Positions 8,937 through 14,820 of a stretch of DNA of 14,820 nucleotides are shown piece by piece. A program made the position numbers and the translations under genes. Source of the stretch: Planctomycetota bacterium (lineage in GTDB: Bacteria > Planctomycetota > UBA8108 > UBA1146); the NCBI GenBank assembly GCA_036338595.1, contig JAYZBV010000101.1, forward strand, positions 1 to 14,820. The letters run 5' to 3'. The notes beneath the pieces were generated by a model. It worked only from the letters and a program-made list of their open reading frames with translations. It had not been told where the DNA came from and made no database searches. How positions within the stretch are numbered: the first letter of the stretch is position 1; every line of letters begins with the position of its first letter.

Positions 8937-10324
8937 TTCGAGGTCTGTAGCGTCGGCCGCTGCGAGGGTCTGGTGGCTCGCTGGCCGTACAGGGTTGCCG
9001 CAGAAGCGCGGTCCACATCGACAGCGACGAATGAACCCGCCTCTTCGTCATCTTGCGCATCCCAGATGACGGTGCGGTGGTCCCCTGCCCGACCCGCCCA
9101 ACGACTCTCATCGAGGCGAGACGGACCCTCCGCAAGTACCTCTACCCTTCTGCCGATGAAACGCTGGTTGCGGCTCTCTGCCTCTGCTGAGACTGCCGCC
9201 AGCAACTGGTGATTACGCTGCTTCTTTACATCGAGCGGGATGTCATCTGACATCCTGGCATCGCTGACGGTCCCTGGCCGAGGAGAATATTGAAAAACAT
9301 AGCTAGGATCGAATCCGACCTCGGTGACGAGGGAGAGACTCTGATCAAACTCCTCCTGAGTCTCTCCGGGAAAGCCGACGATGAAATCGGTTGCGAGGGT
9401 GATATCGGGAATCTGCGTCCTCAACCGATCGATGACATGCAAGTAAAAGGAGCGGTCATAGGTTCGCTTCATCCTTGCCAGCATCGAGTCGCTGCCCGAT
9501 TGAACGGGCAGATGCAGGTAATCCATCACCTTGGTGCATTCCGCCATCGCCTGGATCAACTTTGGCCTCAGGAATCTTGGATGCGAGGTGATGAAATGAC
9601 ACCGCTCGATGCCATCGATCTCCTCGACACCACGTAACAGGGTATCTAGCCCCACTCCCCGCCCGAGCCTCTTGCCGTAGGAGTTGACCGTCTGGCCCAG
9701 GAATGTGATCTCCTTGACCCCGGCATCGGCGAGACGCCGGACTTCATCGAGGATCTCATCGGGGGACCTGGAGACTTCCTTGCCTCGGGTGGTGGGAACG
9801 ATGCAGTAGGTGCAAACCATGTCACAACCTCGCATCACCGAAACAAACGCGTGCCACCGATTGGGTCCCAGATTTCTCTGGCGCACAAATTCAAGAGGCG
9901 AATCCATGTCCGTCGCCAGCAGCGTACTGCTCTGTCCCCTCGCCTCCTCGATCAACTCGGGCAGTCGATCAAACTCCCGCGTGCCGACGATGAGGTCGAT
10001 CCAGGGGGCTCTTTGAGACAACTGATCCTGCTTGTGCTGAGCCACACATCCTGTCAGACCGATGATCAGTTCAGGCTCCTGCTGCTTTCTCTTCTTGAAA
10101 CTGGTCATTCGCATGACAGCACGCTCCTCGGCGTGTTCCCGAACCGAGCAGGTGTTGTACAGAATCACTCCGGCATCATCCGGATCATGGACCAGGAAGT
10201 AGCCCTTCCTCTTGAGACCCTCGAGCATCAACTCGGCATCGAGTTTGTTCATCTGACAGCCGAACACCTCGAAGTAGACACGATGTGACCTGGGTACATC
10301 TGCGGAGATGGGAGCGGTCTGCAT
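8933..10324 (-). CDS. miaB: tRNA-2-methylthio-N6-dimethylallyladenosine synthase (radical SAM methylthiotransferase)
   Basis: FGCQMN, NTCSVREHAE, TGCVAQ, CDMVCTYC radical SAM motif, TSHP, HLPVQSGSD, TDFIVGFPGET, YSPRPGT, C-terminal TRAM. The ORF-track start 10462 lies upstream of the predicted promoter; likely start is ATG 10324 or TTG 10342 (GGAGG just upstream). Confidence 0.95.
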   Translation of the reverse strand: MQTAPISADVPRSHRVYFEVFGCQMNKLDAELMLEGLKRKGYFLVHDPDDAGVILYNTCSVREHAEERAVMRMTSFKKRKQQEPELIIGLTGCVAQHKQDQLSQRAPWIDLIVGTREFDRLPELIEEARGQSSTLLATDMDSPLEFVRQRNLGPNRWHAFVSVMRGCDMVCTYCIVPTTRGKEVSRSPDEILDEVRRLADAGVKEITFLGQTVNSYGKRLGRGVGLDTLLRGVEEIDGIERCHFITSHPRFLRPKLIQAMAECTKVMDYLHLPVQSGSDSMLARMKRTYDRSFYLHVIDRLRTQIPDITLATDFIVGFPGETQEEFDQSLSLVTEVGFDPSYVFQYSPRPGTVSDARMSDDIPLDVKKQRNHQLLAAVSAEAESRNQRFIGRRVEVLAEGPSRLDESRWAGRAGDHRTVIWDAQDDEEAGSFVAVDVDRASAATLYGQRATRPSQRPTLQTSK

Positions 10325-10382
10325 CGGATAGGTCAGTTTCAATGATCCTCCATCGCTCGAAGAGGTGTTCTGTGCGACCCGG

Positions 10383-10411
10383 ATGGTAGGAACACCGATC
10401 CCACGGGTCAA
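10383..10411 (-). promoter_or_regulatory. Predicted sigma70-type promoter for miaB-ribD
   Basis: Minus strand TTGACC-17 nt-TACCAT in the gap between the UbiB-family gene and miaB. Confidence 0.7.
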
Positions 10412-10446
10412 CAGGACCGGTTGCACTGGAGGGAACTTCCGGGTGC

Positions 10447-12075
10447 CTAGCGACCCGCCCACGGCGACAGAAAGCCGACCAGCAGGCGCACAATCAGCGC
10501 TGAGGCACCACAGAGCGCCAGGATGGCGAGCCAGTAGTGATCGGTGACATAAAGCAGGGTGGCACAGATCAACGCAGCGGCTGCGATCACCGATTCCACG
10601 ACCCTGCGGTTGGAGCCGTCGACTCGCCGAATCAGCCGATCGAGCCCGACGATCTCCGACTCGACCCGCAACCTGCCTCGAGTCGCCTTGCGAAGCGCGT
10701 CGGACATCAACTCCGGTAGATCAGCCAGCATTTCGATGTTGTCGATGGTCTGATCCGCGGTGCGGCGAAGCAGGTTCTCGGGGCCGATTTTCTCTTTCAT
10801 CAGATCGATCAGCAGCGGTTCCAACTCACTCGCAGTATCAAATCCTGGATCCAGTTTTTCCGTCAGACCTTCGAGAAGAACCAGCGATCGAGTCATGCGA
10901 ACAAATCCAGGCGCAATTTCGATTCTGTGTTCCGTGGCGATATCGATGATGCACTTGAGCAGCGCTGGAAGATCCACCTCGGAAAGTTTCAGACCAATAT
11001 ATGGATCGAGGCGATTGGCAATCGACTGAGTGAGAGAAAATGTGTCTGCATCTCCGTGACAGTAGCCGACATGAAGGACCTGATGGGCGAGTTCCTCATA
11101 GTTCCTGCTCACCAGCGCCTTCAACATCCTCGACAGCCTATGTCGTAGTTCTTCGGTGAGGAGGCCCGTGAGACCGAAGTCGATCCAGGCAATCCTACCG
11201 TCACGGGCCACGATGATATTCGATGGGTGGGGATCGCCATGAAACTGACCATGCAGGAAGATCATCTGGAACAGCGATCGGGCGACGATCTGCGCCACTC
11301 TACGCCCTTCGGTGGTACTCAGTTCAGCACGCCCCACCGAGACTCCATCCACCCAGTCCATGACCAGCACCTCACGGCTCGATACTGCCGCATGGGTACC
11401 TGGAATCAGCACGTCCTCGTCTCCCTCGAAGGAGGCCCTGATTCGATCGATGGCATTTCTCTCGAAGTTGAAGTTGATCTCGTTCGCGAGCGCCAGTCTC
11501 AGTTCATTGACCACGCCCTGGGGATCGAAGCCGCCCGACTCGGGGTGCTTGGCCAGTGCCTCGGCAAATAGATCGAGCAAACCCATATCCTGCTCGATCA
11601 ACTTCTCGATTCCCGGCTTTCTGACCTTGATCGCCACGCGGTGGCCATCGAGTGTCATACCGCGGTATACCTGTGCGATCGACGCGCTGGCGACCGGTTG
11701 TTCCTCGATCTGAGCAAAGCAACTGGAGAGTTCTTTACCCAGAGATTGCTCGATCACCTGGCGAACCTCTTCGAATGGAATCGGATCCACATCGTCACGC
11801 AGTCGCTCCAGTTCCTTGACCAGAACTTCCGGAAAGACATCGGGTCGACTGGCAATCAATTGCCCCAGTTTGATATAGAGAGGGCCCAGATCCTGAAGTG
11901 CAAATCTGAGTCGTCGAGGAAACGAGTTCTCGGACCGAGCAGATCCACCGAGCAGGCGCACTCGAACACCGGCCCCCAGGCGAGATGCCAGGTCTCCCAG
12001 CCCATGTCGTGCCAGGATCAGGGATACATCCTTGAGTCTGGGGATATTTCGGAGAGTGCGAAGGGGTGTCACCAC
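10447..12075 (-). CDS. UbiB/AarF/ABC1 family atypical kinase
   Basis: LGPLYIKLGQ (KxGQ), ASASIAQV A-rich loop, VAIKV, FHGDPHPSN, IDFG, two C-terminal TM helices; SD AGGAG overlaps the upstream stop. Confidence 0.93.
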   Translation of the reverse strand: MVTPLRTLRNIPRLKDVSLILARHGLGDLASRLGAGVRVRLLGGSARSENSFPRRLRFALQDLGPLYIKLGQLIASRPDVFPEVLVKELERLRDDVDPIPFEEVRQVIEQSLGKELSSCFAQIEEQPVASASIAQVYRGMTLDGHRVAIKVRKPGIEKLIEQDMGLLDLFAEALAKHPESGGFDPQGVVNELRLALANEINFNFERNAIDRIRASFEGDEDVLIPGTHAAVSSREVLVMDWVDGVSVGRAELSTTEGRRVAQIVARSLFQMIFLHGQFHGDPHPSNIIVARDGRIAWIDFGLTGLLTEELRHRLSRMLKALVSRNYEELAHQVLHVGYCHGDADTFSLTQSIANRLDPYIGLKLSEVDLPALLKCIIDIATEHRIEIAPGFVRMTRSLVLLEGLTEKLDPGFDTASELEPLLIDLMKEKIGPENLLRRTADQTIDNIEMLADLPELMSDALRKATRGRLRVESEIVGLDRLIRRVDGSNRRVVESVIAAAALICATLLYVTDHYWLAILALCGASALIVRLLVGFLSPWAGR

Positions 12076-12084
12076 CGGTATCTC

Positions 12085-12399
12085 CTAGCGGCAGCGAAGT
12101 TGCTGCTCCAGTTCCTGGACGCGGGCCACCAGTTGATCATGCTCCTCGCGACTGACCGGAACCAACTTCTGTACAAGTCGTTTCAGATCATCCTGAGTGG
12201 AACCCTCGCGCTCGGGAGCGATCGGAGGAGGTGCTTCTTCTCTGTCAGTCTTGCGCTGCCAGGCATCGAGGACCGCTTCCGCCTGTTCGCGTGAGATGGT
12301 TCCCTCTTCGACCAGATCATCGACCGCATGGCGCAGCCCCGAACGAGCTCGCTCGATCGCATCCAGTCCTGCGTGTATCAATTGACGAACAGCGTCCAA
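12085..12399 (-). CDS. Phasin-like (PhaF/PhaI-related) small coiled-coil protein
   Basis: LIHAGLDA, VDDLVEEGTISREQA, VSREEHDQLVARVQELE match the pattern of the small phasin-like proteins commonly encoded before ABC1 kinases; TTG start with GAGAGG upstream. Confidence 0.8.
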   Translation of the reverse strand: MDAVRQLIHAGLDAIERARSGLRHAVDDLVEEGTISREQAEAVLDAWQRKTDREEAPPPIAPEREGSTQDDLKRLVQKLVPVSREEHDQLVARVQELEQQLRCR

Positions 12400-12485
12400 T
12401 TTCCGCTTCCTCTCCCGATGCTACCGACGAGCATCCTATAGGATCGCCCGCTGCCGGGCGAGCGGGGGTGCAGATCGGGATGGGT

Positions 12486-12522
12486 AAAAAAATAGGGAGT
12501 CCGTTGAGATTCAACGGACTCC
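12486..12522 (-). terminator. Rho-independent terminator
   Basis: Minus strand GGAGTCCGTTGA-atc-TCAACGGACTCC (perfect 12-bp stem), then CTA and T7. Confidence 0.88.
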
Positions 12523-12567
12523 GCGGGAAAGGGGGGGAGTGCAGATTGTGGAGGAGATTCTCCTCAC
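12486..12567 (-). ncRNA. Candidate sigma54-dependent small regulatory RNA (~82 nt) with C/U-rich tract
   Basis: Promoter, 5' hairpin (GAGGAG-aat-CTCCTC), unpaired ACTCCCCCCCTTTCCCGC and terminator are contiguous, with no ORF inside. No Rfam family recognised. Confidence 0.65.
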
Positions 12568-12576
12568 ATTAGCACT

Positions 12577-12593
12577 GGCAATCGACGGGCCAA
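12577..12593 (-). promoter_or_regulatory. Predicted sigma54 (RpoN) -24/-12 promoter
   Basis: Minus strand TTGGCCCGTCGATTGCC versus consensus TGGCACG-N4-TTGC: GG at 12591-12590, GC at 12579-12578, exactly 10 nt apart. Predicted +1 near 12566-12567. Confidence 0.72.
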
Positions 12594-12773
12594 TCGGCGC
12601 TGATTCTGGAAATTGGCCCTAAGAACCACATGGAAGTCAGGTTACACCACTCGGTCCGATCGCCGCTGCACCCCGCTAGCGCGGCAACGGTTTCCGACCC
12701 GGAAGCAATGCCATGACTCGATTCCCGAGCGTCCTGGATGGCACCCGATGAGAGTCCGGCGAGGAGTGGAGCA

Positions 12774-13853
12774 TCAACCTGAGGAGATCACCCGGCCCAG
12801 TGCCTCGAGTGCAGGCCGCAACTGATCTGGCGCCAATCCGAAGCCGATCCGGACATGGTCACGGGCACCGAAGAAGCGTCCTGGCGTCAGATTGACACCC
12901 TGTTCGATACAGAGTTTCTGAAAGCCGTCCCCGTCGGTTCCGAGATGCTCAGGGACTCTCGGAAAGCAGACCAGCCCGCCCGCAGGCTCCACCACCTCGA
13001 TGGCTTGATGCTGCAACCAGTCGCGCATGATCTCCCATCCATCGCAGGCGATGCGCCGACCTCTGGCTCGCAGAGGCTGCCACTTCTTCATCGCAGCCCT
13101 CGCCACCTGGTCGGTCAGGCACGAGTTGTGCAAGGTCGTGGAATCGAGAACCCGTCGAGCTCGATCGACCAGCTGGGGCGTCGCTAATCCCCAGCCAAAG
13201 CGAACCTGAGAAACACCGTGAACCTTGTTGAGCCCACCGATGCTGACGATGGATGGGTGACGAAGTGAAAGCGGTCCAGGGTCCGGATCGAGGAAGGGTC
13301 GGTACATCTCATCGACGATGACATGGAACCCGTGGTCTTCTGCCAGCGCTGCAATGCCCAGTTCCTCCTCCAGAGAGAGTCTGACACCGCTCGGATTGTG
13401 CAGGTTGGTCAGCAGCAGCAGGGCAGGCTGGTGCTCTTCGAGCGTCCTGGCGAGCGCCTCCAGATCGATCCTGTATCCCTGCTCGAAGTGACGCTCGAAG
13501 GGCACCGTCTTGACGCCCACAACCGACAGCGCATCGACGACGGGAAGATAACCGGGAATCTCATGCACGACCGTCTCGCCTGGCCTCGCCAGAGCAGCAC
13601 CGAAACAAAAATGAGAATGCGAGGCGCTGGAGGCGAGCAGGATGCCATCGGGATCGATCCCCCACAGCTTCTCGATCTCAGCCATCACCTCCGTCGGCCC
13701 ATAGGGAGTGAACTCGAACAGTTCCAGGTGCGCCGGGTCGAGTCCGATGTCCTCCCAGTCGACGGGAGGGACGGCACTCATCGTCAGGAGATGTCGTCCG
13801 AGTTGTCCTTCGGATTTTGCCCATCGGATGTAGGGAACCGTTGAGATTGCCAT
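12774..13853 (-). CDS. Class I/II PLP-dependent aminotransferase-like enzyme
   Basis: TNLHNPSG, IVDEMY, GGLNKVHGVSQVRFGW (PLP lysine region), PGRFFG..HVRIGFG. Start placed at ATG 13853 after the strong SD GGAGGAGG rather than at 14006. Confidence 0.9.
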   Translation of the reverse strand: MAISTVPYIRWAKSEGQLGRHLLTMSAVPPVDWEDIGLDPAHLELFEFTPYGPTEVMAEIEKLWGIDPDGILLASSASHSHFCFGAALARPGETVVHEIPGYLPVVDALSVVGVKTVPFERHFEQGYRIDLEALARTLEEHQPALLLLTNLHNPSGVRLSLEEELGIAALAEDHGFHVIVDEMYRPFLDPDPGPLSLRHPSIVSIGGLNKVHGVSQVRFGWGLATPQLVDRARRVLDSTTLHNSCLTDQVARAAMKKWQPLRARGRRIACDGWEIMRDWLQHQAIEVVEPAGGLVCFPRVPEHLGTDGDGFQKLCIEQGVNLTPGRFFGARDHVRIGFGLAPDQLRPALEALGRVISSG

Positions 13854-14782
13854 TCTTCCTCCTCCATCTGACGCAGTCGCCTCCTCCGACGGGTGCTCTG
13901 AACCACTGCCGCAATGATGACCAGTAATGCGAGCCCCTTCCAGGACAGGATCAGGTCCACGATCAGACCCAGGTACACATCGGACCGTGCCAGCTCCTGC
14001 GACCACATGCTCGTCGCATCGTCGATGCTGAGTCCGGTCTCCAGCTCGAATCCTTGCTGCCAGGGTGTTCCGTCTCTACAGCGAGCAAGAATCCGCTTGT
14101 GCAATTGATGATCAAAGTTACGGCGAGTCCACTCGATGAAGGAACACGCCTCGGCGTAGAGCAGCGAGGCCCTGACATGGGTTTTCGGTAGATACTGGTC
14201 GAGGTCGGTGATGGGAACCAGAGCGATTCCCCTCGCCTGCAGGATCAGATTTCTTCGGGTCGGTGGATCCGGAAGTTGATGTGCTGCTGACTGTGCAATG
14301 CCCTCGTGGACCCAGCGCGGCAACGCCCCTGCCGCCTCTTCCAGTACCAGATGAGCCAGTTCATGGACCACCGTGGCACTGCCAGCGGCCGGATTGGCTG
14401 CCATGTACTGGATGTCGATGATCACGATGCCCTTGCGAGTCAGGGCCACTGCGGGAACCCAACCGGGTACCGGATCGCTACCGTAATGCGCCAGAGTACG
14501 GTTGAGGGCAGCATTGGACACGACCAGCACCACCAGTGGCTTGCGTTGCGAGCGCGAACCGAGCCAGTTGCGCAGATGTTGCAGATTATTCTCGACCAGC
14601 GCGGAGAGAGTATCGGGAGGCAGTCCCGTTCCCGGAGCGATCGCCCAGTCGAAGGCGATTCCGGGGATGTGCTGGAAGCCAGCTGGCGGCTCGTCTGCCG
14701 CTACCGTGGGGCTCAGAGCCAGCACCAGGATCGTCACCAGGATCCAGCTCCAGTTTTTCTGTGACGATGCAGCCGGGACCAC
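13784..14782 (-). CDS. Peptidase MA-like (gluzincin) zinc metallopeptidase with signal peptide and C-terminal membrane anchor
   Basis: VVHELAH followed by LPRWVHEGIAQ (HEXXH...E), LLYAEA; N-terminal WILVTILVLALSPTVAA; C-terminal TM then RRRRR. The frame stays open to the window edge, so the start is uncertain. Confidence 0.85.
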   Translation of the reverse strand: MVPAASSQKNWSWILVTILVLALSPTVAADEPPAGFQHIPGIAFDWAIAPGTGLPPDTLSALVENNLQHLRNWLGSRSQRKPLVVLVVSNAALNRTLAHYGSDPVPGWVPAVALTRKGIVIIDIQYMAANPAAGSATVVHELAHLVLEEAAGALPRWVHEGIAQSAAHQLPDPPTRRNLILQARGIALVPITDLDQYLPKTHVRASLLYAEACSFIEWTRRNFDHQLHKRILARCRDGTPWQQGFELETGLSIDDATSMWSQELARSDVYLGLIVDLILSWKGLALLVIIAAVVQSTRRRRRLRQMEEEEWQSQRFPTSDGQNPKDNSDDIS

Positions 14783-14820
14783 GAGAATTCTCCGATGGAA
14801 AGAGAGGGGGGGGGGGGGGG

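Noticed and set aside
7785..9212. 475-aa plus-strand ORF preceded by AAGGAG
   Set aside because: Antisense shadow of ribD and miaB with no recognisable motifs; the SD is only 2 nt from the ATG; long antisense ORFs are common at high GC.
10325..10462. 46-aa N-terminal extension of MiaB in the ORF track
   Set aside because: Overlaps the upstream gene and spans a good sigma70 promoter; a later start is more plausible.
12683..12712. Imperfect hairpin after the aminotransferase as a terminator
   Set aside because: Weak interrupted stem with no U-tract on the minus strand.
12400..12773. tRNA, SRP, 6S, tmRNA or CRISPR array in the large intergenic region
   Set aside because: No cloverleaf or T-loop, no SRP helix 8 motif, no long 6S-like rod, and no regularly spaced identical repeats.
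12317..12825. Small ORFs 12317..12514 (-) and 12613..12825 (+) as leader peptide or type I toxin
   Set aside because: No convincing SD and no hydrophobic toxin-like helix; the first starts inside the terminator stem and the second overlaps the aminotransferase end.
13854..14006. 51-aa N-terminal extension of the aminotransferase
   Set aside because: Lies within the peptidase coding region; the strong SD precedes ATG 13853.
14806..14820. 15-nt poly-G at the window end
   Set aside because: Most likely a contig-end or sequencing homopolymer artefact. It loosely resembles the sRNA's GGGAAAGGGGGGG tract, but no terminator hairpin is adjacent and the context is cut off.

Overview
GC-rich bacterial core-genome segment with 13 protein-coding genes, all on the minus strand. 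In transcription order (right to left): HEXXH membrane-anchored metallopeptidase, class I/II PLP aminotransferase, a 374-nt intergenic region, phasin-like protein, UbiB/AarF kinase, miaB, ribD, large helical exported hypothetical protein, serS, purA, uppS, cdsA, phoH, and the start of a multi-TM membrane protein (probably a 7TM-HD phosphohydrolase) cut by the left edge. The purA-uppS-cdsA-phoH-HD order suggests a planctomycete (inference from recalled gene order, not tested). No mobile element, CRISPR array, tRNA or rRNA was seen. The most interesting signal is non-coding. The region 12400-12773 contains what looks like a complete unannotated small-RNA gene: a correctly spaced sigma54 -24/-12 promoter, a 5' hairpin at the predicted +1, a single-stranded C/U-rich anti-Shine-Dalgarno-like tract, and a 12-bp intrinsic terminator. 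It is followed by a degenerate second copy of the same module and preceded by candidate enhancer sites. All RNA and regulatory calls are pattern-based predictions made by eye.
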